From a virus: a stretch of DNA of 64,000 nucleotides. The notes under the pieces were generated by a model. That model searched no databases, had not been told where the DNA came from, and was given only the letters and a program-made list of their open reading frames with translations. Below are positions 34,905 through 44,200 of this stretch, piece after piece (within the stretch, counting starts at the first letter, position 1; the number at the start of each line of letters is the position of its first letter). Location: the IMG/VR virus record IMGVR_UViG_3300013115_000353, positions 1-64,000 of that record; one strand, written 5' to 3'. The position numbers were made by a program, and so were the translations under genes.

Positions 34905-34978
34905 TGGGCCTTCTGGGACTTGAACCCAGGACCATCCGGTTATGAGCCGGGTGCTCTGACCAACTGAGCTAAAAGCCC
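34905..34978 (-). tRNA. tRNA with CAT anticodon, most likely tRNA-Ile2 (lysidine-type); CCA not encoded
   Basis: GGGCTTTTAGCTCAGTTGGTCAGAGCA-CCCGG-CT-CAT-AA-CCGGA...GGCCCA; lacks initiator features. Confidence 0.88.
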
Positions 34979-34984
34979 ATTGAT

Positions 34985-35013
34985 AGTATAACATTTAGTA
35001 TCAATGAAGTCAA
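34985..35013 (-). promoter_or_regulatory. sigma70-type promoter for the CAT tRNA
   Basis: TTGACT-N17-TATACT, 6 nt before the tRNA 5' end. Confidence 0.75.
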
Positions 35014-35369
35014 TAACTTTTTAGCCATTCAATAGGATACCACGCCTCGGGTGCGAATACTGCTTTCATCGTGTAATCTGAAGGCTTTTTCATCCATTTT
35101 ACATATGCAAACTTCAACTTAGGTTTGCTCGCCCATCCAGCATTATAATAAAATGCCTGATCAAGAAACTCCGTATCGCCGCAGCGTTGATAGGCGTTTT
35201 TAAATATCTGTGCTCTATCTGTGTAGCTTATGATGTCTTTTGTTTCCTCTAAGATTTTCGTTATATTGACCCCGCCTTCCCTGGCTAAATCGTCAGAATA
35301 TTTAATAACGATGCCTATACCCCGCTCTCGCCGTCGTGGCATGCACACCAAATCGCCCACCTTTATCAT
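35010..35369 (-). CDS. GDLV-family protein with internal insertion
   Basis: MIKVGDLV...IGIVI...AYVKW...WYPIEWL. Confidence 0.7.
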   Translation of the reverse strand: MIKVGDLVCMPRRRERGIGIVIKYSDDLAREGGVNITKILEETKDIISYTDRAQIFKNAYQRCGDTEFLDQAFYYNAGWASKPKLKFAYVKWMKKPSDYTMKAVFAPEAWYPIEWLKSY

Positions 35370-35370
35370 A

Positions 35371-35655
35371 TCATACCTTTCCTTTTAATACGCTCACATA
35401 GCCAATAGGCACCTTCACAATAACAGAGCGCCAGCCCATGTATTTACCACGAAGTTCCAGAATCGGATGCTCTACGTCCATGGTATCGGAAGGATCATTA
35501 ACCTCTACATTTACTTCTAATATCTGTCCCCCATCATCCGATGTAAACCGCGCATGATAAACGATTGTAGGGCACCTTTCGTTAACGAATCTTTCAATGG
35601 TTTTTAGCACATCTGATCGAGACTCTTTTTTTCCACCGAAATGTATATTAGCCAT
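35371..35655 (-). CDS. Hypothetical protein
   Basis: ORF in the operon. Confidence 0.6.
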   Translation of the reverse strand: MANIHFGGKKESRSDVLKTIERFVNERCPTIVYHARFTSDDGGQILEVNVEVNDPSDTMDVEHPILELRGKYMGWRSVIVKVPIGYVSVLKGKV

Positions 35656-35685
35656 TTTAAATTATCCCCTTAATGTATTTCATTT

Positions 35686-35922
35686 TCAATCTCCATTACT
35701 TAGTATCTCAAACTCTTCGTTTTTGATGTTTATCAATGTCCATTTGTAATCGGTACAATCATAGCAAAAAACAATCATAGAGACAGGATCATCGCCGGTG
35801 GCTATCTCCATAACGATTCCATGACGGTATATAGGATGAAACCCAACAAGTCCATCTGGATATGCTGCATATGTCTCATACTCACTAACCCACCTTATTA
35901 AACACCCCGGCTTTATCTCCAT
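35686..35922 (-). CDS. GDLV-like small protein
   Basis: IKPGCLI...HGIVME...FEILS. Confidence 0.6.
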   Translation of the reverse strand: MEIKPGCLIRWVSEYETYAAYPDGLVGFHPIYRHGIVMEIATGDDPVSMIVFCYDCTDYKWTLINIKNEEFEILSNGD

Positions 35923-35929
35923 ATACTAA

Positions 35930-36163
35930 TTATGAAGCAAGATGGTGTACTAACTCCTTGTAACCGCCAATAATTTCTTCTTTTTCATTTATTATTATAA
36001 CAATGATTGGGTAAGTTGTCCAGTCAAATTTTTGTTTGATCATTTCGCGGTAATCTTTGGCGAAATCCATTTCAATAAAAACATACTCTTTGTCTCTTTC
36101 CATCAGATCGGCGCATGCCCGCAGACAATGAGGACAATCGCTAACGCCATAGATTAAAAACAT
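35930..36163 (-). CDS. Glutaredoxin
   Basis: IYG..DCPHC, TTYPII, IGGY.EL. Confidence 0.85.
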   Translation of the reverse strand: MFLIYGVSDCPHCLRACADLMERDKEYVFIEMDFAKDYREMIKQKFDWTTYPIIVIIINEKEEIIGGYKELVHHLAS

Positions 36164-36166
36164 TCA

Positions 36167-36436
36167 TTATTCCTTGAGCTTCATTTTAAGAATCTTCGCT
36201 ACGTGCGAGCCGCATCTATAGAACACGCGCACATCGCATGCTCCTTTAAAAGCATTCCGCAACCCTGTTAAGGTGGCTCGATCTGTCTTGTTCACGAAAG
36301 GCGCAACCATAGTTACCTCGGCGGTGCCTTTATTTGCCAACTTCAGGGCATCACGATGAACGGCTTTTAAAGAGGAATATACGCCATAAAATGTATCCTG
36401 TCTATCAAAAAGACAGTAAATATAGATTTTTGTCAT
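36167..36436 (-). CDS. Hypothetical protein
   Basis: ORF in the operon. Confidence 0.6.
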   Translation of the reverse strand: MTKIYIYCLFDRQDTFYGVYSSLKAVHRDALKLANKGTAEVTMVAPFVNKTDRATLTGLRNAFKGACDVRVFYRCGSHVAKILKMKLKE

Positions 36437-36705
36437 GAAATTGAAGGTATAGTGCCAAAAGTAGTGATCAGGGTGGCATTAAAAGTGGAGCGCAACATAT
36501 CTAATTCTTGTTTATAAAGCACCATATTTTCTTCATCATCTAATGCCAATGCGCTAAGATAAAGTTGCTCTAACTTCTTCTGTTTTTCCATAATCTCTAA
36601 TATGGCATAAGACAAGTACATATTAGAACCAAAGTCTGCGATTGACTCTCGATAGGTAGCGAAAGGACCAATCTCAAAAAACTTTTTAGACGATTTAAAT
36701 ATCAT
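36433..36705 (-). CDS. Hypothetical protein
   Basis: SD GAGGTG. Confidence 0.55.
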   Translation of the reverse strand: MIFKSSKKFFEIGPFATYRESIADFGSNMYLSYAILEIMEKQKKLEQLYLSALALDDEENMVLYKQELDMLRSTFNATLITTFGTIPSIS

Positions 36706-36745
36706 TATTCACCTCTTTTAATTAAATAGAATACTTCTCAAGATA

Positions 36746-36982
36746 TTACCCCTTACATCCCTTACAACGTGATATCACCTTGTCCTTCTGTTCTTGAACT
36801 GATAATTTAATCTTTTTAAAATTTTCAATTCGATCTTCCATGAGGCGGCCGCGGGCCAATGCCTTAATAAAACCCTCCTTCCGATTGAACGCTCCACACA
36901 ATACGATCTGTTGAGAAGGTTGATGTAGTATATATTCACCGGGGTGTACCTTAAGTTCGTCGCTAATCTCTTGAAACTCCAT
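36746..36982 (-). CDS. Hypothetical protein
   Basis: C-terminal CKGC. Confidence 0.55.
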   Translation of the reverse strand: MEFQEISDELKVHPGEYILHQPSQQIVLCGAFNRKEGFIKALARGRLMEDRIENFKKIKLSVQEQKDKVISRCKGCKG

Positions 36983-37919
36983 TTAAGGACATCTCCTCAT
37001 CTTCTGCTTTTTGTTTAATTTTGTTGATTTCGCCCAATGTTCCTTCGCGTCTTAAAATCTTAAACGCAACATTCTCAGGAGAATATTCACTGCGGGGGCT
37101 TTTCAGCCCCGCCATTCTCATTCTGCGAATTTTATCTTTTATACTGTTAATGCTCGAAATAACTTTTTTATAATCACCGTCCATCATATACCGTTTAATT
37201 AAATTCACACGAGTGATGATATTGTCGCTTTTACGTCGAGCAGTGGCAACATCCACCTTCTCTTCATAGCGAACTGGCTCTGCGAGCCATCTATCTTCGG
37301 TAAGAGAATATACGCCTGATGAAAGATGAGTCTCATTAGCGTCCTCCACATAAATTTCCACCTCATATCCATGGACTTTAATGTTGTGTAGATCATTCCA
37401 TAATGCACGCTTCGCATCAAAAAATCCTTTAATTATATCGGTAGGAGATTTAAAGCGAGAAAAATCTACTACCAAATGGAGATCGATATCTGAGTAATTA
37501 GACCAATTATAGTTTGCCAGTGAGCCAGTTATTCTCACATCCTCTACGTCTACTTCCACATCCAGATTGTCAATAAAACTATCAGCTATATCTTTTAGTC
37601 GGCGCATGACAGCAGGATCGAGCTTTCCGTTAGGCCAAATAAGAGGCTCTAAGGTTTCTTTTATGTCGAAACTTTCGGCTTCTACTTCCTCTTCCAGCGC
37701 GCCGCCGGCTCCAGCCACGCCACCGCCACCTGGGGCGCTTGGCGGGGCACTTACTTTGTCAATATCACGTGGAAGTTTCTTTCGCTTCTTTTTAAACGGA
37801 GGTCCAGGATCCTGGGGCCCTTGTCCCAACAAATCATCCATATCGCTATTTAAACTTTTAATACGTTTCCGAAAGTTCTCTGCTTCTCTCAATTTTAATA
37901 CATATTCATTCCAACTCAT
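36963..37919 (-). CDS. Pol-beta-superfamily nucleotidyltransferase
   Basis: ITGSLANYNWSNYSDIDLH (GS..DxD), EVEIYVED. Confidence 0.85.
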   Translation of the reverse strand: MSWNEYVLKLREAENFRKRIKSLNSDMDDLLGQGPQDPGPPFKKKRKKLPRDIDKVSAPPSAPGGGGVAGAGGALEEEVEAESFDIKETLEPLIWPNGKLDPAVMRRLKDIADSFIDNLDVEVDVEDVRITGSLANYNWSNYSDIDLHLVVDFSRFKSPTDIIKGFFDAKRALWNDLHNIKVHGYEVEIYVEDANETHLSSGVYSLTEDRWLAEPVRYEEKVDVATARRKSDNIITRVNLIKRYMMDGDYKKVISSINSIKDKIRRMRMAGLKSPRSEYSPENVAFKILRREGTLGEINKIKQKAEDEEMSLNGVSRD

Positions 37920-37930
37920 AATACATTCCT

Positions 37931-39022
37931 TTAGTATGAACCATTGTTTGTCCCAGCACCAATCACATCACAGGCAATACAGCTAAGTTGACGAGTGGTG
38001 TTCGATGTTCGCACCGTCCAGGTGTCCCCGTCCGTGCTTGTTTGAATCATGCCACTCGACCCTACCGCCACAATAGTTGTATGATCTGTAGCCACCGCTC
38101 TAAGAGCTTTCGTATCATCATATGACGATGCTTCTGTCCAGTTGAGCCCATCAGGACTGTGATGTATTTGTCCCGCTGTAGTCACTATTATAAATTTGTT
38201 CACAGTTCCTTTCATATACACTGCACCATATACAGTGCCGGCACCAGATATGTTTCCTTCTGTGTTGTTGTCCCAATCATCAGTGCTATAATAAACATTG
38301 GACAAAGATAAGCCTGCCAACCATTTGCTGCTTCCATCGTAACATATGGCATTAACATCTCTGGTTCCTTCTAATGTTGTCTTATCCGTCCAACCTATCC
38401 CGTCATTAGTAGATACCCACATATGAGATTGATGTCCCAATGACCATATTTGTCCTGTTCCCTTGTAGCAGATGGCTGCGGCATTATCATTAACAGTGCT
38501 TCCGTGATCTACGGATGTCCAAGTAATCGCCCCATCAGTTGATCGCATAATCGTTCTATATGAATCGCCGTCGTGGATACGTTTACCAGTAGACATCCAT
38601 ACGTTATTGCCCCAAGCCACTCCGGGGCCTCCGTTGACGCCAATATAGTTTGTGCCAAAGTTTACTGTTGTCCAGTTTCCTGCTGTTGTTAAATCGGCAG
38701 ATGCGCTAATATAATTGATTTCGGCAGCATTAGTAGCCGCAAACACCACCCATCTTTTTTCGCCTAACTCATCTTTTCCAATAGCGACACCTCTAAAAGT
38801 TTCAGTACCAATATCAACCAACTCTTCCCATCCGGCCGAAGCATTTGAAGTAGTTGTATGATAAAGCTTGCCTGAATCCGCTCCAACTATCCATCTTGTA
38901 GCTGTGGTGGTTCCGCTAGGTTTATCTACGCCTGCCACGTTAGATATATTGGCTGCAGCCACGCCGCTCACACTATCGATACTTGCGTTGGCAACACCCG
39001 ATACTTTACTAATATCTGCCAT
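37931..39022 (-). CDS. Beta-propeller (BNR/Asp-box) structural protein
   Basis: Repeated S.DG..W boxes. Confidence 0.7.
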   Translation of the reverse strand: MADISKVSGVANASIDSVSGVAAANISNVAGVDKPSGTTTATRWIVGADSGKLYHTTTSNASAGWEELVDIGTETFRGVAIGKDELGEKRWVVFAATNAAEINYISASADLTTAGNWTTVNFGTNYIGVNGGPGVAWGNNVWMSTGKRIHDGDSYRTIMRSTDGAITWTSVDHGSTVNDNAAAICYKGTGQIWSLGHQSHMWVSTNDGIGWTDKTTLEGTRDVNAICYDGSSKWLAGLSLSNVYYSTDDWDNNTEGNISGAGTVYGAVYMKGTVNKFIIVTTAGQIHHSPDGLNWTEASSYDDTKALRAVATDHTTIVAVGSSGMIQTSTDGDTWTVRTSNTTRQLSCIACDVIGAGTNNGSY

Positions 39023-39846
39023 TATGCGATTTCCACCCAGTTTCCGCTGGGGTTAAAATAAATTACGTTAGCTACGTCGGTAGCCCACCCGACAACACGC
39101 ACTACGTCGCCTGTTCCGCTGGGGGCGGTAAAGTCTATATCACCCGCGTTCTCTGAAACATAACACGTGGCTCCTTTGACAAACGTGCCTTGGATGGTTG
39201 CCGCATCAAAAAACCCACGCAACAAAATTCCATCGCTAACGCTTGTTCCCAGAGCTATTCCTAACAAAACCGCTCCACTGGTGGCAACTGCATCGGCATC
39301 AGCATATTTCCAATCCCCTCCCGAATGTAGATACATCAATTTGCCAGCCGCCAATGAGTCACTCCCATCTTCACCCCCAAATGTAACAACTTCTCCACCA
39401 CCCGTATTGTCTGCCAATCCAGTTGGATCGTGATGAACATCGAATGCATTTTTTGGAGCGCTTGTTCCAACGCCTATTTCGCCAGTACCCAATATGATCA
39501 TCCGGTCGTCGTCTACTGTAAAGAAACGTAGCTCGCTGGTGTTGGCAGGCTGCCAAACCCACGCAGAATCGCCGGTACCTCCTTTTACATTAAGAGCGCC
39601 ATAATATCCTGGTGCGCCCTGAACCCTTAAAGTTGTATTTCCCGAACCAGAAACGTGCAGGTTCTGGGTGGGAACTAGTGTGCCAATCCCGACTTTTGTA
39701 GCTTCGGCATATAAAATTGCACTTCCGCTGGGACGCAGGGTAATAGTATCCATTCCAAAATCAATATAAGTTGCCGCACCAGAGCGATCATCTTCAAAGT
39801 ATATATCGCCGCGACGAACAGAGCCGGTACTATATTTATAACTCAT
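39022..39846 (-). CDS. Tail/capsid-fibre-related structural protein
   Basis: VGIGT motifs; N-terminus resembles that of 1766..5224. Confidence 0.65.
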   Translation of the reverse strand: MSYKYSTGSVRRGDIYFEDDRSGAATYIDFGMDTITLRPSGSAILYAEATKVGIGTLVPTQNLHVSGSGNTTLRVQGAPGYYGALNVKGGTGDSAWVWQPANTSELRFFTVDDDRMIILGTGEIGVGTSAPKNAFDVHHDPTGLADNTGGGEVVTFGGEDGSDSLAAGKLMYLHSGGDWKYADADAVATSGAVLLGIALGTSVSDGILLRGFFDAATIQGTFVKGATCYVSENAGDIDFTAPSGTGDVVRVVGWATDVANVIYFNPSGNWVEIA

Positions 39847-39852
39847 TATATA

Positions 39853-40218
39853 TTATCCCATATCCTCATAAATAGTTTGCTCGCCATCGTCCCAAGTAAT
39901 AATTGTATTATTTTTAGGATGAGGCTTGATGTGAATGCTAATGAAATCATTAAAGCTGTTAAAAATGGCTAACGACCCCAACGGGGCAGGCGTTAGCCAG
40001 TGAATAACTGTGTGTCCTGTCGCAAACATACATCCTTCAATAACAACACCATCACCTGATATTCCTGTTTCGTCATTTTGACGGCAGACGGTAAATGTTC
40101 GTACACCTTCGGGCGCTTTGTTGGATATCTTTTTAGGCTTTAAGTCCTCTGGCTCAGTAGCCATTGGCTCTGCTAAATGTATGGTATCATCCGAATCGGT
40201 TTTCACTACCATAATCAT
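39853..40218 (-). CDS. Phage hypothetical protein
   Basis: DETGISGDGVVIEG..F..G..VIHW pattern. Confidence 0.65.
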   Translation of the reverse strand: MIMVVKTDSDDTIHLAEPMATEPEDLKPKKISNKAPEGVRTFTVCRQNDETGISGDGVVIEGCMFATGHTVIHWLTPAPLGSLAIFNSFNDFISIHIKPHPKNNTIITWDDGEQTIYEDMG

Positions 40219-40470
40219 TTATGCCTCGCCTTTAGAATCGATTTCCAACAAACTCTCTAAACAAATATCTCGTACTGCTTCCATAGCTGCCGCGTCTGCA
40301 TCAAGCTCATCTTGGCATATTTCTAGTTCCTCTAATTTTTCTTCGCTACTTGTTTCTAGAAACGTCTTTTTCAAATCTGCCAGTGAGTTTCTTATTTCTC
40401 CAATTTTTGTTTCAATCATATCTATTTGTTCCGTTAAGTTATTATAACATCCTTTTTGTTTTATTCCCAT
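40219..40470 (-). CDS. Hypothetical coiled-coil protein
   Basis: SD AAGGAG. Confidence 0.55.
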   Translation of the reverse strand: MGIKQKGCYNNLTEQIDMIETKIGEIRNSLADLKKTFLETSSEEKLEELEICQDELDADAAAMEAVRDICLESLLEIDSKGEA

Positions 40471-40482
40471 GAGATTTCTCCT

Positions 40483-41283
40483 TTAATCAATAACACCCAA
40501 ATCAATCTGATAAGAAGGGGCGACTATCAATATATTTTCCTGTACATCTTCTCCAAACTCGCTGTTTCCTATATCCACTGCTAATACATAGCCAATGATT
40601 TTACCATCGGGGGTAAAAATAGCACTCCCAGAGGATCCAGCCCAAGCATAAGAACGAATATAAATCAAACCATCCGGCGCATACCCAATTATTTCTCCAC
40701 TTAGACTTAAAGGGCCCACGTTATTAGGGTATCCAGTAAAATAAACAGGACTAAGGATTGCCAAAGCGTCTTTCCATTCGCTCCCTGTGGGGATGGTTGT
40801 TAAAATATCTATTGCCTCTCTAGTGGGAATTTCATTTACTTCTATGATAGCATAATCTGAAATATAATTCAACTCAATAAACTCCATACAACGAAAAAAT
40901 TTCCCGTCTACATTAATTTTGGTGTATTGACACTCGCCCGTTACTCCATGATTAACTGTCAAAACGAAATATCTCCCATTATAAGTAAAATAAGTACCCG
41001 TTGCCACAGAAAATAACTGTTGCTCGGGTGCAAGGGACACCACTTTAACGGTGCTGGCGCGTGATTTATGAACTGTATCTTGCGTTCCAAAAGATAAATA
41101 AGAAGAAACATTGTCCATTGCTTTAATTTCTGCGAGGCTAGGGATAGTAGTGAGCCATTCTATTTTTTTGAATGTCCAAATGCCGGCGGCGCCCCCAACA
41201 AGCATACAGAACACAACAAGCAGAAAACTTTTAAACAGTTGTTTTGTTCTGTTACTCATCTTCAGCTTATCTCTTAGTGACAT
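40483..41283 (-). CDS. Membrane-anchored trypsin-like serine protease
   Basis: TM segment; LTVNH, DYAII, AGSSGS; paralog of 11508..12290. Confidence 0.8.
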   Translation of the reverse strand: MSLRDKLKMSNRTKQLFKSFLLVVFCMLVGGAAGIWTFKKIEWLTTIPSLAEIKAMDNVSSYLSFGTQDTVHKSRASTVKVVSLAPEQQLFSVATGTYFTYNGRYFVLTVNHGVTGECQYTKINVDGKFFRCMEFIELNYISDYAIIEVNEIPTREAIDILTTIPTGSEWKDALAILSPVYFTGYPNNVGPLSLSGEIIGYAPDGLIYIRSYAWAGSSGSAIFTPDGKIIGYVLAVDIGNSEFGEDVQENILIVAPSYQIDLGVID

Positions 41284-41294
41284 CTTTTAATTCC

Positions 41295-44200
41295 TTAAAC
41301 TTGTTTTTGATAACTTATAAACACAGGCAGTTGCTCCAAACCGGCTTTTTTGGCAAACCACACCAAGTCCTCGTTGCCGGTAATCTTAATTCTTCCATTC
41401 ATTCCAAGTGCAATGTATACAGGCTGTAATGCTCCATCTCGGATAAATTCTTGATAGGCGTTCATTTTATCATCAAAAACATCCTTGGGCGCCCTAAATT
41501 CGCGCGAAGCATAGCGCCATAATTCTTTAACCGACATCATGACATGATACCGCATATCGTTTGTGTTCATGGGCATATCATATACCTGCACCCCTCCGTC
41601 CATCCAGTCTTGAGCCACACTTTGTAAGCTCACTTCGGGGGTAACCATGGGACGCGTCTGAGGAGGAGCAGGCATCGCTTCTTTCAGGGTGCGCTCTACG
41701 GGTTCGGGGCGGCTCCAATCTTCTATTTCAATTCCCGGCATTCGTTTGATGGCAGGCAATAACTCAAATCTAATAAAGTCTTCTCGTGGAATAATGCCTT
41801 TCTGTTCGTACTTTAGCTCAAACACAATTCTCTGTGCATCCCCGATGCTGCGCTTCGTTAGCGTTCTCACTGTTGTGCAATGCTCAATACCTCGGATCCT
41901 GTTTTTAAGATCATCAGTTTCACGCCCTTCTATATCACGAACAACTAACTGAATCTGCATTTTATATAATCTTAGATCAAATATCTCATTAAGCATATTA
42001 TCGACTTTTAAAATCTGTTCTTCCATCGGGCGGTCACCGCCTCTCGCTGCCTTACGTGCTTTCGCAGCTTCTTTTGCGCGTTTATAAGCATCACCAGGCT
42101 TGTCTTCCTCCTCCGATGCTTGAACAATGCGTGTAAACTCTTCTCTGTCGCCAGCAACCAAAGCATCCATCGCAGCAGAACGTTCCGGTTCGCTTAGTCC
42201 TGCTAATGCATCTGCCCTATTTCTTGGTCTTTGTTGCGCGGGTTCTTCTGATTCTGCATCGGGGCCCCAAATCTCGCTTGCAGTCTCTATTGTTCCGCGT
42301 GCCTGTTCTATCTCGCGTGCTCTGCGACCTCTATCATAATATCCTACACCCTCGCCGGGTTGCCCCTCATGTCCCGGCTCATCAGCGAACCGCTCTAGAT
42401 CAGGGATCTCAGTTATAACCAACTTCCAATCCGCATCAGACCATCCGGCTGGACGGATAGGTCCGCCGTGGTCTGGTCCGTGCTCGTTGCGATACAACCA
42501 AGCCAAGACTTTAGCGCGTTCTTTTTGTACATCACTTAGCCCAGCTTGATCAGAATCAGGATGGTGTGTTGCCCACGAATAACCTCTCCAAACGCTTGGA
42601 GGGGCGCCGAACTCTGAGCCGCGCATCTTTGACTGTACAAGGCTGTTCCAGTTAAGAGGAAGATCCGACATAGCACTCCACGAGTTTCGTGGATGCAGAC
42701 TGCCATTTATTAGTGGGCGCAGATAGCTATCAACTAAAGTATACTTCTCTACTTTACTCATCTCCTCCCAGTTATCGCGTCCCCACATTGCGACTAGTAT
42801 TGCTTGTTCTGCGTCAGTGTTTCCCAGATCGGATTGAGCCTCAAACTTACTTCGGATCCGCTCATACATCCTCCAGAACGTAGTGCCATCTTCCATCTTT
42901 ACGTTTCGTGCTTCTACGTATTCTGCATACTCGCTCATAAATACTTTAAAGTTGTCTCGGATACCTTTAATAATCTCATCAGGAAACTGATCAATGTATT
43001 TCATAAAAGTTAGAGCACCTTCGATCTCTTCTTTAGACTCTGTAGATTTAATATCAAGTTTTAAATACATCTCAACAGGCCTAGGTTTGCCCTCTTCTGC
43101 TGCTTGTGCCAATCTAAACCTTAACTGAGCGTTTTCCGCAAACTTAATACCCTCAAATGTAGGGCGAGAATATTTATCACCAAAGTTAAAATCCAATTGA
43201 CTCTTGGCATATCCATTGGCTTGTTCTACTAAATCTGATAAAACAATATCTAGGCGCTGCATAAATGCTTCTCCTGGCCATACTTGCCCAGGTCCACTAA
43301 AGCCGGCGCCTCCACCTACACGCCCTTCATCTTTAAAAATCTTCTCCAACGCATAAGGAGTGTTTCCAAGTTCTGGGGGGAAGGAAACGCCCATTGGAAT
43401 AACGCCGCTTTGTCTTCCCCCATCACCAACCGGCTCGAAGTAAAAAGTAACCTCGCCTTCGTATTCGTCTTCATCGAGTCCATATCCGCGCCAGTTTTCT
43501 AACTCTTCGTTGGATTCTTTGATGTCGTCAAACAGTGCGTCCCAATCGTTAGGGGGCAAGTATCCTTCATCCACTAACTCTCGACGGGTTTTTTCATATA
43601 TCTCGTCATACTTATCATCGATTTCGTTCACAAGCTCATTAGCAAAGCTATCGAAATAGTCTACATCATAGCCGCAGTCATCGCAATTAAACTGCATATG
43701 CACGCGCAACTCAAACCCTGAGCCAAGCGCAGGCTCAACGTTCCAATCGGTATCCTGGGAATAAAAATTGATATGCCTTTCAAGGATTGAGGAAAATGCT
43801 CTTCTAGATTGGTAGTCTGAGCCGCCATATACTTTGGGTATTGTTTTAACATCGCGCTCTTCATCAGGAAAATAATATCCCGTCTCCCTAGGTATCACAT
43901 TTCCTTCCCATCCGACAGGGAAAGTAAAGGTAACCTCCCCAGAACCGTTAATATAAATATTTTCACCATAGTCATCTATTTCTGCTTCGCCATAAATCAA
44001 TACGTGTTCGGCGCGATTACTAGTTGCCTGCACTATCTCTTCTACTACGTCTTGCATCTCCTCAAGCTGTGCTTCCAGAGCGGCCATGCCGCCTTCCTCT
44101 TCTGTTCCCGTATTTTGGCGCATATTGGTGGCACTGTACTCTCTAAATTTGTCATGGGTTTCATCTGGGCGCGCCTCATCAAAGAAATAGTTTAATATTG

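Noticed and set aside
34714-34967. ORFs 34714..34935 and 34746..34967 (also 33952..34173)
   Set aside because: They overlap tRNA genes or the structured RNA candidate.
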